Assembly: GCA_965235115.1 (NCBI GenBank)
Contig: OZ249447.1
Span: 9,610,001-9,674,000 of the forward strand
DNA: 64,000 nucleotides
From: Laetmonice hystrix
Lineage: Eukaryota
Reading direction: 5' to 3'
Position 1 is the first letter of the stretch. Each line of letters begins with the position of its first letter. Made by a program: the position numbers and the translations under genes. Under the pieces are notes generated by a model that ran no database searches, was not told the origin of the DNA, and saw nothing but the letters and a program-made list of their open reading frames with translations. Positions 24,680 through 39,133 of this stretch are shown piece by piece.

Positions 24680-26526
24680 GGGCTTTCCTAACTGATGACG
24701 TTGGGTGACACATACCGAGTCCCAGGCTTTGCCAATTACCACTCGGATAACCCTAGGGGTCTACCTATCTAAGATAAATATAGGGTTGATATCTGGTAAT
24801 TGTATTATTTGTTATACACTGCTGGTATCGTGCTGTAGATTTGGCGCCTGGCTGACACTAAAGTCATTCTTCCATTGTTCCCCTCTGGCATCCAACGCGT
24901 TGTCCTTTGAAAACAAAATACGGCACAGTGTCCCACGTGTAATCAATATATCAAATAGAAGTCAGTTTGTTTCATTTGTTCCTTGGTGTTGCCATGCTAT
25001 GTGCTGTATATAAACTTCTGTACCCATCCCCAACGACAGCCCCCTGCCCTGATAAAGAGCCTCCTCATGGACCCTAGGGCAGCCCCGTCGTGGAAGCTTC
25101 CTCACCCTAGCCGGAAGTAGGTGATGCTGCACCGGAAAGACAGGAACCTAAACACTGTGAAAGTAAAACTGAAAATGGCGGTAAACTCACTCGAGCAAAG
25201 GCAAGAGGCTTTTCTCCTGAGATTTATGTTACACACCATACTATTTCCTCAGCTTTGACGTGCAGGTATCTAAAATACAACTTTGGTTTTTTGAAGACGC
25301 TAAAAGTAACCCAGCGACCAGTCATTTCCTTAATACAGAACGTCAGGCAGTCTCCATCGGAGATGGACACTTTGAAAATAGAACATCTAGTACCAATGTT
25401 AGAATGAAAACGTCAAAATTACGGCATCGGATATCTCGTGTCAGTAATTCTGTTATCAGCGTCACCCAACGTCAATGAAATGTTCGCTCGGACGCCCGCG
25501 CTAATCAGTGCAGACGACATTCGGTAAAGAAGTCAGATGGCCAAGGCGCGCCAATCAGAGCGCAGTTTTACTATGGCCGCGCTTCGTTGACCTTTGAACT
25601 CCAGCGGAATGCCATCGTTTCCGACGACGTTTGACATTAGACTTGAGCTGCCTCTCTGGAGTCCGTAAAATGTCAGGCTCCTCCCCAGCAGTCCTCGGCA
25701 CGGGAATTACGACACCAGCATGAACAAATCTCGTCATTTGACGTTATTAAAAGCCTCATTAAGTTGTTGGTTTTATACATACATTTTCTTCAGTCACAGA
25801 CGTGTGTAGTAAGATCAATGAATAGTGGGATCAGTGACATAATAATTCATTCATGCTGATAGTTGACACTTAGCAAGACCATTCACATTCTGTGTTCTTC
25901 ACCTACCTGGATATCCCGTATCGATGAACTATTCGGAGCCTACTATTCAGTATTGAGGAACTAACTGGACAGTAAGATTGAACGATGAGGATGCATTCAA
26001 GGTATGTAACTATCGACCTATTAACGTGTGTTTCTATCACAGCGTCTGTTACCGACGTGAAAGGGACGTGTCACAACTACACGGAGTATAGCAATATCCA
26101 ACGTCATGACCAGGAACATATGTTTGATGAATGGGGGTCCGAGGAATGACCCTTGCCCAGCTCACAACGTACCTGGAAGTTACCGGAAGGCGTCAATTCT
26201 AAAAAGGGGTCAACTCTGACCCCACCCACCCACCCCTTTCCTGGACATGCAACTGGTAACTAGTTAGTGCCGGATGTGGAAAGGATTGTTGGCTACCTGT
26301 CTGTTTTTTTCTCGAGAACTACGTAGATTTTCTTGACGAGTAAAACTGACCGCTTTTCTATGCCCCGGTTATTGCGAGAACGTAAAACCCCATCCAAATC
26401 CCCATGATCACCTTGTATACAAGGTGATTTAACACGGTGGATGTTTGATTGGAGCTTTGATTGTATAAACAAACGCCAATGGAGCAGCATCCTTTCGTAA
26501 GTGTCCTGTGAGACCTTTGCTTACAG

Positions 26527-26572
<46 letters not shown>

Positions 26573-26830
26573 GTCGGCTGTCGGGTTGGACACCAGCGCT
26601 CGCTCTCATATACAACCCGGGTCGGAGAGTGACGACCTGTCGTACCAACACGGCCTGCTCGGAAACCTCGTGTTTGTGGTTTCCGGAGAGTGCAGCATTT
26701 CCTCTCCGGACACATATTTCTCTCAACAAATTGGCGCGCGGACAACCATTCCGGCATGACGAATACCTTGTCGTGCCCTTTCAATCCAGCTTTATTGATA
26801 CATTGAGAATAATGTAGATGCGGACAGGAG
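24680..26830 (+). mobile_element. Scattered remnants of a CR1/L2-type LINE (APE N-terminus, RT start, 3' end); may be more than one element
   Basis: YRVPGFANYHSDNPRG (~24712; cf. IPGY..YR.DR..GG), CNYRPIN (~26005; cf. NYRPIS), FQSSFIDTLRIM (~26780; cf. SFFP.TIR.WN). Confidence 0.3.
26532..26570. repeat. (CAG)13 trinucleotide microsatellite
   Basis: 13 uninterrupted CAG units. Confidence 0.98.
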
Positions 26831-27059
26831 TGCCCAGCCCTTGGCAGTAAGACAGGGCGAGATGACCTGTCCGTACCGCGGGCCACATTCTGACGTGTAT
26901 GGATCGAATTAAGGCATCATTACTGTGTTTACTACTAAATGAGGTCCGTGTAGAAAAGGGGCAGTGGAAGACCTGCACGAGAAATGTCTATTTATGTGAT
27001 CTACGATCCCCGTTTCGTTATGCTGTGGTCCATTAAAGCTAAGAACAAAGTGCCTGTTT

Positions 27060-27330
27060 TATCAGTGCCAGGTTTCGCGACCTTTTCGCGCCACTGACAC
27101 CACGAAGCTCTTGGCGCGTTGTTAAGACTATTCTAAGCCAGGGCTAATTCTTTCTTTGAGGCACGTCGCACGCTAAGAGGCACTCGCTATTATGCGCTCA
27201 GCAGGTGAGACTCTGTATGTCTCTAAAGCTGGCAGATCGGAAGGCCCACCTACATGAATGGGTCACCACAGCAAGGATTCTGTGATGAAGAACGCTGTAG
27301 GTCATGCCAAGGGAGGACTTCAGAATTAAA
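27060..27330 (+). mobile_element. Ty3/Gypsy RT-connection/RNase H remnant
   Basis: ARFRDLFAPLT (cf. RRFI.DF...APLT), FFEARRTL (cf. AF..LK..L), QIGRPTY (cf. Q.GRPIAY) and EER (cf. E.RY), in order. Confidence 0.45.
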
Positions 27331-28159
27331 CGGGCACACCTGACATGACGCATTCACGGAGGCGTCACCTTACACATCCGACATGACGTCATTGAAGACA
27401 TGCGATCACCTAGCGGTGGGGGAGGGAACTTCGCGAACCTGGCGAACTGGTAGTTGTTAATTATTGGGGGAGGGGGGGGGGGGGTCAAGGAAGAGATTTT
27501 CCCATATTCCCACAGCATTAGCCTCTGTTGTTTTATAAGGGCACAACCCACAGCCGTCTCCCGCCCGCCTTCCATCCTGAACACCCCTTGGTCCGCGGAG
27601 TCCACTATAGATATATAAAGATCAAGCCCAGTATCATGTGACCAAATCATAGCAAATCATAGCATCATAGTCTGTGTTTTAAGTAAAAACAAATACAGAA
27701 TTGAACTTAGGGGGGAGGGGGTCATCTTTCTGAAGATGCAGGAGTTGACATTGGTTCTGGTAAAACTGAAATTCACGTGGTAGGCCTATACCTTTGATTA
27801 ATTAAATTTTACAATGGAAACCTTCTGTTCCATAATTAGATATTCCATTGAACGAGCGTGATGATGCTTGGCATGGCTATGCTATTAAAGGGCAGTCACG
27901 TGCTAGAAGACGATTTGCAGGGCAGTCTGAGAGGTAACATTTAGATCACAAGGATTAAAAGAGAGTAGGTAAAGGATGACTTGACAAACTGGCGAAAACG
28001 TTCGGGAGGTGGAGGATCACACACATCTTTCATTAGGAAAGGCCGGCCCGGCCGAGGGGTCATCCACTCCCACTCCCTACCAGCAGTCTTCTATCGTGCC
28101 TGAAGGGGCGTGGTAGCTCCCTACGGCAATACAGTACCTTACGTTTTACTGACGGCATA

Positions 28160-28238
28160 TGCACAGAGAGACAGAGAGAGAGAGCGCGCACGAGCGAGAT
28201 AGAGAGCCAGACAGACAGCAAGAGAGACAGAGAAAGCG
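28160..28238. repeat. AG-rich low-complexity tract running into an assembly gap
   Basis: cagagagacagagagagagagc...agagagacagagaaag. Confidence 0.8.
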
Positions 28239-28394
28239 NNNNNNNNNNNNNNNNNNNNNNNNNNNNNNNNNNNNNNNNNNNNNNNNNNNNNNNNNNNNNN
28301 NNNNNNNNNNNNNNNNNNNNNNNNNNNNNNNNNNNNNNNNNNNNNNNNNNNNNNNNNNNNNNNNNNNNNNNNNNNNNNNNNNNNNNNNNNNNNN
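28239..28394. other. Assembly gap (N run)
   Basis: Run of n. Confidence 1.
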
Positions 28395-31300
28395 CAGTTC
28401 CGAGACCAACTCGGGTAGTTGGCGGCGCGGAAAGCCTGTTGGGTTATGTCTTCAAGGAGGTGGAGTGGGGGTGGGCGGCCTAAATCGCCCCGTTTACTTC
28501 TGTGATAAGTCAGTGGAGTTAAGCGCTCCCATCGACTATTATTGATTGGGCTTTCGCTGCATGCAGGTGCAGTTTACATGAATATTTGAGGATGTATGAT
28601 AACACATTTGTATGTGATAGAAATATTTGTGGTTGTAAATTATACCCCCCCCTCCCCCCGCCTTCTTCACTGCTTTTTAAAGAGGGGGCTGCCATAGGGA
28701 GAGGAGCACTGAGTACCATCAATATACCAGCATTCCCACCACCTGTGGAATGTGAATACCAGCCCGCATGCAGGGGGAGTGGAGATCGGTAATAATATCT
28801 ATTCTCAGTCGAAATAACAATTGATCATGTTATTATGGATAGCTCGCCATCACTGTTAATATTATATGACCACTATCATGCCGGCCGCTCAGACCATACA
28901 ATGTACATAGTACCCTCGGCAATAGTGACCGTATTTAACGGCAACGAATATACAACGTATATTATTAGGGGTTCGCGATTGAATAACTTATTTGTTATTG
29001 TAATGACAGAACTGGGATATATTGTACGTGTAAATAGAAAAGTCTGGAGTGGCTGTTATTATAACTAGCTAACATTAGAGCAGACTTGCCCTTAAGTACA
29101 ATCATAACGAATTCATGGTTCTCATATGATTTCAGGAAAACCTCTCATGTTTCTTGCATCAAGTCAATTGCCAATTTTTATCATCATGAGAAACTCAAGC
29201 ATGGTTATGTTAATCCCAAACAGAAGGGGTGGCAGTAATATAATGACAGGATGCAGGTGGGAATCTTGAAAACACCCGACAGGTGGCGTGTAACTCAATT
29301 ATAACCCCCATTAACGAATAAAACATCAGGTTAAAAAGGCTTCTGAAAACCCAGGACGGTCTGCAATAAACTTCAACGATCAGTTAGCTGTAACTTTTTT
29401 TTCCGCAGTTGTGATAAACGAATTCTTGATGAGCATAAATCTGGACGGGAGCTGAGAAAGAGGTTAATTTTAGAAGTCCGTCGATGCCCTCCCCAGGCTC
29501 ATATCAACCCAAATGTCTTTTCTCCGGCAATTTGCAGTTCCTCCATATCAGAACTATCTACATGGATTGCCTTTGGATATTTACGCAGGTGCGATGCACG
29601 TTCAGCATTTGTCGGGGTTGAGGTAAAGGCAGCGGGGGTTGGGACGGGGAAGTATATCATGAAATTTCTTCAATGGAGTCTGCCGTCCCGGGGGCCTTAT
29701 ATCATAGGACCCGGTCCCGGAGCCTTTCAGGTCTGATCAGACTAACACTATTTAACATCCATTCCGCTGCTGTCGGTCGGCCTGATCAGATTACATGGCC
29801 GTGTTCCTATCAGCGTGTGTTAGGCGCCCCAGCTATAAAATGGCCCGCGTTTTCCACTCAGTTACCTCCTACACGCTGACAATTATCGCCGTTCATGTCG
29901 TCAGCCTGTGGCGAGGTGCCACACGTCACCCTGAAGCCACATACATACCTGCTGAGAGTTCCCATAACGGGCCCTCCGGCCGGCTTATTAAAAACGTGCG
30001 CGGTCAACTACACCAGACCATTAATTCGGGAAACAAGGAGAACTTTCGGGAAATAAAACTTTATATTGGATGTCAATATATTCTACTGATCTGGAGGAGA
30101 TTCAGTATCTTATCCGGAGACTTAAGGTTTTACAACGCGAGACTTTCGGAAAGAGCGATTATAGGCCTCCCTACACTTGTGTTTTCCTTTTACCACCGAT
30201 TCTAGGGTACCTGGCTTCGGTGGAGTCAAGAACCAAAGTTACCGCGCACTGAAATGGTAACATTTTCTCCTATTGCTATAGTTCTCCACCAGCAACATTC
30301 TTTAGCCACTAATGCCGCCTGACACTTTTAAATTGAATAATGTATAAGAAGTGTAGTTTTTGTGTGTACTTCCGACCATAATGATAATTCATTAGGAGGT
30401 AAATGATAGCTCAGCGTGGTGTTGACTTTTCAAAGTGCACCCTTGAGTACCGGTAATTTACGAAACCTTTCAGCGCAATCACACCATTTGAAACGTATTC
30501 TAAAATCACAAAGTTCCAAAATTAACTACCCACACGAACATTGGCTGTCAGTGTTTCAGCCAAACAAATGATAGGCGGTCCAATAGGTAAACACGACGCA
30601 AGAGCCAAATGCGTTGGAATACGGAACAGAGCGCAATATGTGATGATCGATTGGCCTCTTCTGGAGCGCCATTACGAGCGGCCGCGTTATGGATGGCTTA
30701 CAACTTAAAAGGGGGTCAGATGTCGGCCGAGATTTGAAAAAAAGAAGTCGAGGACTACCTGGCCCTAAGGCTACATCCACTTTATTGCCATGAAAATGTC
30801 ACAGTGTACTCTTATTGATGTACCAACCAAGGCGGCCCAGACGGGTAACTCCTGCCGTTTCTTGGATAGAGTCGCCATACGTTGCCGACTTTCCGTCTGC
30901 CCGCTCCTAAAGAATGGTGAGTTATTGTCAAGTCAGTCCAACCAAAGCGACCTCTGGGCGGTGAGAGTTCCGATAAAATAGCCCTGTTAACGGCACGTGT
31001 GGCAAATGGTGCAGTACTGGACATATGATTGTTGTAGTTAAAACTCATCATGGGCCATAATATACATCAGCCTGAGATGTCCTTTCGCGTTGGAGCTAGA
31101 AAGGTGGAACTTTCTATACAATATTTTGTTTTATATCCACTCCCGTGTTTGAAAGTTCTGCTATCCTTTTGGAAATGCATGCATGCATTCCGGTGTTTCG
31201 GTTTAATTCTGGTGGATCACAGATTTAACCGTTACTTAATGAACCCTTAAACAAGCCATGGTGATATTTGTAGATTTGGGTGCCAGAGCGAAGCAAACCT

Positions 31301-33844
31301 TGTAATGAGAACGCTAATTAATGGCAGTGTGCACTGTTGTGTTCCGAAGGCTCTCTATTATGCATGCGCTGTCTAGAATACCTTTGAATTATACATATAC
31401 CCTTCATAAGGCATGCAATTAAGGCACAAAGAGGAGGCCAACTGTATTGATTCCAAATCCCAGAACTAAACCACATGCATGGATGGACGTCAGTGGATCT
31501 TTGGGGCTTTGAGAAACATCTTCTTTGCGAAGCCATAGCTGTCGGTTCGTTGAAAGAAAAAAAACAACACTGCATACATTCACGGCACATTGTAGTCAAC
31601 TGAACAGTCAGACTAGCCATGCAGTCACGATGCTAAAAATGTATACGTATATTCGATAGCCAAAACAAAATAGTCCAAATGATGTCCGTATTATAGATTT
31701 AAATTTCTAGACAGTAAATATGCCCATTAAATGCCTTGGTGTACATGCAGCTACTAATTTAAAAAGATCTATATTTTACAAGTACCTCAAGAACTAAGTG
31801 CAGTTTCCGTTCACTGTCTATATCAGTGGCAGCATATACTTGTACTTTGTGAATTACACTTTACAACGCGGCAGACGCTATAATTCAAGGTGACGGCTTG
31901 AGTAGACGCCAGAGGACTTGTAGTTTTAAAGAGGACAATTAATTTCAAGCTTTTCTACGTTCCCATTTGAAGGGAGGAGAACCGTTCTTTATCATCGGTT
32001 TACAGAGGCTTGTCTGGCTTATGTATTGAAGGTGACCGTTTTCAGGATTTGTGAAATACTCCCAACTTTTCCCTAAACAATGAAACATTGGCATTATTCA
32101 TTGGATTCTTAGATAAGTATTAGGCCTACTACCCCTTGTCTTGCCCCTAGTTTTCGATGCAACCCCGTAGATTCTCCAAAGGTTAGAATCTTTCTTAAGA
32201 TGTTTCCCACATTACGTTAGCCGGGGCTGGTGATGATCACATTGTCTGTAAACAAATATCCCTGATAGTGGAGGCCATGCTCCTGACCGTTCCGCCAATT
32301 TCAATCCTTTCCCATGTACGTGATCTACTTACGGCGCACAGCCTCTTATTTTCATAGAAGACGCTGAATAAATACTCCACAACCCCAACGGGGGCGGAGA
32401 AATGTCACAATGGCCAGGGACAATAAGCCCACTCATCATGGTTGGCGGTCGGCTGTGCAGGTGCATGTGATCAAGGATAGAGTGTTCCGGCGTGTAGTCG
32501 ATTTTGGCACAACTTTCCTTCTTTAATCTCTCCCATGGGTCGCCATGAAAGCGGGCTCTGGGCGCCCATAAGTAGTTGTGTCAAGACCTTCCATTGGTCA
32601 CCTTGACACCATCACACGAGCATCACGCTATACCGCCGGAACTTTAATTACCACCAAGCGGTTGTTTTTGGACTTCATTTTCTCAAGACATCGACCCCAA
32701 TCTGATAATGGCGGGTTTCTGTGAAGAACGGCTGCCAGTATGCACTGATAAACAGATGTTCCTGACACGACCTAATCGAATGAGCACACAACCCGCTAGA
32801 GCACTTTAATTGTATTAGTGTTTGCGGCAGAGGAAGGACTTCAACAGAATTTCCAGGGCATTTCGTCACCTGGCAGGAGATGAAAGCTCTTCCGGGGCAG
32901 CCAGGTGCCCCTCTCCTCAGCGCTGGCTTTGAAAGTCTCCTTGAAAGTACGCCAGAATGCCAGTTATTGACAGCATCAAAATTCCCAGACCTTAGCTAAG
33001 AACGCCGTAATATGAAGAAGGTACTTGTGCTCCTTAAAGGACTGAGCGATCCAAGCGGGATCTAAAACTAACTTTTAAAGGGCGAGGACTTTCATGCTTA
33101 CTAAGTTTTCGGCGATCACCAAGATGAGGAGATACTGACTTTATTTATCGTTTAACGATATAACTAGCAGCAGAGATAGTGTGACCGCATCAATGGCGTT
33201 GATATCATTATGGTTGTGTTAATTGTTGCCCAGTTTATAAGATCATGGCATTGGTGATGTAACCTTTTAACAAGGACGCCGTGTTATATGTAAATACAAT
33301 ATGAAAACAATCCACACAATATAACCATATTTTTAAACATTCCGTTTTAGAATACATTCTGTACACTGTATACAAGTATGAAAGTAGTCGTTGAGGCGAC
33401 CCGTATGATTGTGCACAATAGACGCAGCAGCATAAACACGCAAACCAATGACTCCATGCAACCGTTACTGAACCAAACGTTAGCTTTAATATAACATAAA
33501 AGTGAACAGTAAGTCGATTGATGTAGTAAACAACCATTTCTTTACCATGTGTTTAAGTCAAGTTAATTTTTAGTGGGGGGAATTAGCAATAGTTGGGGGT
33601 GGCTCGTCTATCCCCAGGCCCAGGCTATCAGTAGCACCGCTGTTGGAAAATATATGAACCATTCCCAGAAGGATATTCAGCTTCGTTTTGCCTGGTACGA
33701 AAACAGTGTAGTCTATGAATTATTCACTGAATATTAAAAGCTTGCTTCCAAGGCCTTGGTGCCGTTTCCATCCGTTCGGAACCAGCATTCTCGTAATTTT
33801 AACGCGGGACCGGAAATGAGGAGCATCCAAGGAAGCACTGTTGC

Positions 33845-35925
33845 ATTATAGGAAATTGGAATATCGCGTGCCATTTAGTTTTAGCCGCGTTTTCTAACTC
33901 CATTTGTATGCCATGGCAGACCCGAGCGGATCAACAACGGATATCGACGAAATATCTTGCATAATACCAATATGACATCAAGCGCAATCGTTCAATCCAG
34001 GTTGAAGTCGGAATGATTATGTCTATGAAGCGGATTGGTTACGAAGTCGATTGATAAATGTCGACGACATCCCCTTAAGTTCTTAGTATTTATGAACGAC
34101 CTTGGCACCTCTCTTAAAGGTGATAGTATCGGTCCTTGAGGCGCCCATGTGAATATACGAGAGTCTGATAACTTTCTTTAATGATACCCTGGCAGACCCA
34201 TTAAGATTTATGTGATGTAGCACCTCGCATACCTCTTGTAATGGACAAAATCATTTATGAGGGACTAGGAAGGTGGCGATTGACTTAAAACGTCTTGGAT
34301 TTAATGTGCCATGTAGGACCAATTCGAGTGTAATTATCGAGGAAACGGTTTTGGAATGCGGGCAGTCCCCGTGTGTCAAATAGAGCAGGAGTTGATTCAT
34401 CGGGTGGGTCTGCCATGAATCACCCCTGAGGGCATTATGAAAGGGGAAAACGTTGCTCCTGTTATGATGGTTGTGAGCATGTGATTAATTAACGAGGCAA
34501 TCCGCCCTGGAGCTACAGGGGTAATAGAACGGCCTGCAGACAAGGCGTCGTCATATACCAAAACAAAATACAACATCGGTTTGCAGCTGATAGTCAATGA
34601 TTTCCAATTTTAATTCCAGTCAAAGTTATATAGAAAGGGACCTATAATTATGGGGTGGTAAACATCACCCTCGCGTTCTGAAAAAGTGAAACAATGAGGT
34701 CATTATTTCGACAATGAATTTGATTGGATGGGAACCAGCATGTGGTCTGCAGGAGATAGTTTCAAACTGACAGCAAGTTTGTTTTCTCCAGCGAGGTTTT
34801 GGGATGTACCGAGCAAGCTGCATGCGTGTCCACGGTTATTCACGTAATGCGACACTCCTTGTGTGGGCCACGACAAGGCCCAACCTGACAAATAAATTGG
34901 ATTTCCTGGTGACACAAGGTAATCCAAATATGCTTGTCTTGATGGAATGTGAGAAGTGATAATAGACGTGACAACTGGCTGCTGAACTCTTGTGGCATTC
35001 GAGCACGTACGAGTTCGGTGCTGGCGAGGGGGAGGGACCTGAGGCACGGGTTGACACACATATTCTGCCTGTTATAACTAACCCAGCCCCACGCGCCTCT
35101 TTCAGGATAATTCAGCATTTCGCTATTGTTTCATGATCGATGGACCCATGGGGACGGTAATTAATGACAAATTGTTTGTATTAGGGATGTAACGGCGCCG
35201 TGGGTTTCTTCAGTTTGTGGATTTTCGTAATGAGGGTGTTTCCTATAGAAGTCTGTGGTGCGGATCTCAGAATGTGTGCATTAGGAGTGGGTGGTTGGGT
35301 ATGGGGGTCAGGGGTCATTCATGCTGCTCAAATAATAGATGGAACTTCCCAACGGCGCGAGCAAATATAAAACCGGCTGAATTCACTTTCTTGATCACCA
35401 AACCGTTCCGTTTGAATGTCCCGACTGATTATTTTGCATTCGTATTCTGTGAGCATGTGTGCATTCACCTCAAGTTCAATTTATCAACTTTGCCTGGCCT
35501 TAATGACAGGATCTACGGTGCACGGACTTCCTTTTCTCTGCCAAGCGTCACATGAACCCGGGAAGCCGGCTGGCTTCAGAAGCGTGCCCACATGTAGTAA
35601 TGGCGGCATCTTTTTGCCTCTTCCCATGATCCATCACGGGTAAATTTGTTGGCTGTCGTCTGCTTCTTGTTCTGTCAGGCGTGTCCTTGGCGAACCACAA
35701 GGTCAGAGGCACGTTTAGGGGGAGGCCTTAGGTCATGCATTACACTGGACAGCTTCCACCTGCGGGTATCTAATGAGACACGACTTGGTCCTGCAGTGTC
35801 CTTTATCTGTCATGAATGTGGCGTGTGCAGGTCAGATATACAAGTGTGGGAGAACATGTGCGCATACTGTGAGAAGACGTGCCCTTCCCCCCGGACAGGA
35901 CTATACTATCGGCACCGACCGAAGA
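33845..35925 (+). mobile_element. Possible decayed RTE-like LINE (RT pieces plus C-terminal C2H2-like finger)
   Basis: SGSTTD (~33925; cf. GRSTTD), PLSS/FLVFMNDL (~34070-34105), and CAYCEKTCPSPRTGLYYRH (35859-35915; cf. C..C.R.C.SRIGL.SH). Linkage of the two parts is uncertain. Confidence 0.3.
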
Positions 35926-37259
35926 GCTCGGCGGAAGGAGACAAGAGACGGAGCACCTTCTCAAGGAAGTAAATAAGAGTGCGCACGAAAGTGGCAGGAA
36001 GCGATGTGCCGCCGCATGTGCGTCACGTGCCTTGGCTATGACGAGACCTGCAAGACAGCCAACAACGGTGTCTCGGGTCAGCCAGCCACAATGAAGGGCC
36101 GACAACTCCATCTAAAGCGGCTCCCTTAGGACACACAATCCACGCGGCTCAATTTCTAGGCAAACGTGTTGCTGTCGCCGGTGCCAGCCTGCGGATACCT
36201 CAAACTGACTCGTCCAATAACTAAATCCGTCACTACGCCCACCTTACGCCATGGGACATTGGCAAACGTACGCCCTCTAACGGTTCCGAATGGCACAAAG
36301 GTTCGGCGGCTGGCTGAATCTACCAGGCGTGATTATGCCACACACTCGACGTATATAATAACGTCATTACGCAGTTGTACAGGCTCAGCACACCCACCCA
36401 CAAAAACGCATGCACGAAATACATACACGACCATGCAGATTTAAAGTTGTTAGATATTAAGTATGTTGAAGGAGTTTTAGGTGTTCTATACTGAGCAAAC
36501 AAAACGGCACGGTCCAATCCTCCCATGGGGTCATCAGTTGAATGGAGCCTAATTCCACACCAGCAGCTTGCCTTTGAACGCTAATTCTCAATACCGGTGG
36601 GGCTTGAACTCGTGGAGCACAAAACGATGTCGACCGCCTCCAGAGCTCTTTGCAGTCAATCGCTTACCAACATCTGCCAAGGCCCTGCTTGATACCAGCC
36701 AACTATTGCCGATACAAAGCAATCTGTTTCTGAGTTCCTGTCATAGACACCTTGTCATTAATGTCCATGGGCGTTTCGGGATGGTACTAGGATTGTCTTT
36801 CATGTAGTCGTCGCTCCTGCCAGCACGCCCGCGAGGACTTGCAGGGGATTGTCCCTCCATGTCTGTTCCGTCAGTCGTGAGCAAGCCGTCGGAATACCAC
36901 TGGAAACCGGCCATCCCCAGTTTAACCCTGGGGAGAGGACCAAAGTCGCTCGCTCCGGCTCTGTTTACCAGGCTTCCTGACTCGAGCATATATGAAGCGT
37001 AAATGCCACAAGATTGTCATGTTATTAGATTCGCCTTGTTTGGCGAGGGACCCAGAGGGCGATAAAAATGTACCGGACAAAAAGACGTGTCAAAGCCGCG
37101 ACTCTCTTGTCACAAAGACGGCGATCGTTACGTCGGGACAATAGATCATCTTAAAGGAAGACTGGGCGGCCACTACTTCCTGGCCACTTTCTTAGCTTCT
37201 GGCCAGACGGGCGTTACTTTACCAAAGTAACATGATACTTAGATGGTGCCGGAGACTTG

Positions 37260-37700
37260 AGTCAGGAAGGGGGTCTGGGATGTCCTTTGTTGAAGCCATT
37301 CACCAAATGCCGTGATTCGTTTACAGGAAGTTTAAATCTGGCCGTTTTATCGAATGGCCATCCGGCGTGTTAGTGATGGATTATTAGATAATGCAGCTGG
37401 AGATAAATTTGATCGATGACCGTATTGTGTCGACTGATACAAATGAACCGGAACACAAAGCTAGGCCAATCTGGTCGCTAACTTTGCGTGCTGAATGTTG
37501 ATAATTCTACCATGTGTGGAGATTTTAATTCGCCTAACAGCCATTTGTAACTTGGGAAGCGAACGCATGGCCTCGATTAGAGGAAACGATTATCTGAAAG
37601 AACTATCGAGGCATCTCTCTTATCATGATAACAAGAAGACAGCTCCCTAGATGTAATTATCGTGGACAGAATATAATATTTGGCAGGTAGAAATGAAAGC
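37260..37700 (+). mobile_element. LINE AP-endonuclease remnant
   Basis: GRGSG (~37266; cf. RGGGV), CGDFNS (~37515), and SSLDVI (cf. S.ID..). Confidence 0.45.
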
Positions 37701-38284
37701 GCCCACCTGTGGAGTCAATCAAAGTTTGGGTTTGATGGTTCACTAAAGAAGTGGCGTTACACACGCCAGGATCGATGGCAGAAGACGAAGCGAATCGTTA
37801 GGATCAATAGTTCGGAAAGTACGCTGCCATGTGCTCAGCTCCCTATCAAAGGACGTTAACACGGATGATTGGTTTTGTTACGGGAGCGCCTGCTCTGATA
37901 ATACAATCTGTGCCAATCAGTCACGTACTGTTTTAGTGACGGCAATGTAATACTTGGAAGTCTCGGAGACGCAGTCGATGATCAAGGGTTGCGTTCAGTA
38001 ATTAAATAGGGATACCAACTCCTAATTGACGAACCCTCATAAAACGTCATCTGTTTGGTTGTGGGCAGGAAGGAAATAGCCTGGCTGCATACGTGATTTG
38101 GCCAGAAGTTCTCCTCCATCACACACCTGGGCACGTCTGACCATCCGGGTCTCTTAGCGCTGGGATATTGGCACGGTCGCGGCGTTTCATGTGGGCTCCA
38201 GTTTGACCTCGTTGGTTTGACAGAGTTTCTTACGAGATGGAGGGGGGGTTAGATCTGAATCTGCTCGGGGAAATGCAAACTTGT

Positions 38285-39133
38285 AGTGGCCAGGTGATTT
38301 CTTGGAGGGAGCTAATGTGGCCGATTGCCACCTGTGTGTGGTGTTACCCATGATGTTAGGCCGAGTTTATCACAAACCTATAGCTCCTCCAGCCACCAGT
38401 CCCTATAGTGGCCAGGTGATTTCTTGGAGGGAGCTAATGTGGCCGATTGCCACCTGTGGGTGGTGTTACCCATGATGTTAGGCCGAGTTTATCACAAACC
38501 TATAGCTCCTCCAGCCACCAGTCCCTATAGTGGCCAGGTGATTTCTTGGAGGGAGCTAATGTGGCCGATTGCCACCTGTGTGTGGTGTTACCCATGATGT
38601 TAGGCCGAGTTTATCACAAACCTATAGTCCTCCAGCCACCAGTCCCTATAGTGGCCAGGTGATTTCTTGGAGGGAGCTAATGTGGCCGATTGCCACCTGT
38701 GTGTGGTGTTACCCATGATGTTAGGCCGAGTTTATCACAAACCTATAGCTCCTCCAGCCACCAGTCCCTATAGTGGCCAGGTGATTTCTTGGAGGGAGCT
38801 AATGTGGCCGATTGCCACCTGTGTGTGGTGTTACCCATGATGTTAGGCCGAGTTTATCACAAACCTATAGCTCCTCCAACCATCAGTCCCTATAGTGGCC
38901 AGGTGATTTCTTGGAGGGAGCTAATGTGGCCGATTGCCACCTGTGTGTGGTGTTACCCATGATGTTAGGCCGAGTTTATCACAAACCTATAGTCCTCCAG
39001 CCATCAGTCCCTATAGTGGCCAGGTGATTTCTTGGAGGGAGCTAATGTGGCCGATTGCCACCTGTGTGTGGTGTTACCCATGATGTTAGGTCGAGTTTAT
39101 CACAAACCTATAGCTCCTCCAGCCATCAGTCCC
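38285..39133. repeat. 121-122-bp satellite-like array, 7 copies
   Basis: Unit starts at 38285, 38407, 38529, 38650, 38772, 38894 and 39015; very few differences between units. Confidence 0.98.

Noticed and set aside
24040-24742. ORFs of 106-206 aa with repeated blocks
   Set aside because: Overlapping frames through the 75-bp array; no recognisable domain.
26508-26759. PolyQ-containing ORF as a transcription-factor exon
   Set aside because: No recognisable domain and no good donor; the flank reads better as a decayed LINE 3' end in another frame.
13766-28545. ORFs containing X runs (13766, 15760-16106, 28146-28545)
   Set aside because: Open only because they cross N gaps.
29348-29736. ~130-codon open plus-strand frame with an acceptor-like ttttttccgcag at 29408
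   Set aside because: No recognisable domain and only mediocre donors; a few such frames are expected by chance in 64 kb. Worth checking only if RNA data support the upstream candidate gene.
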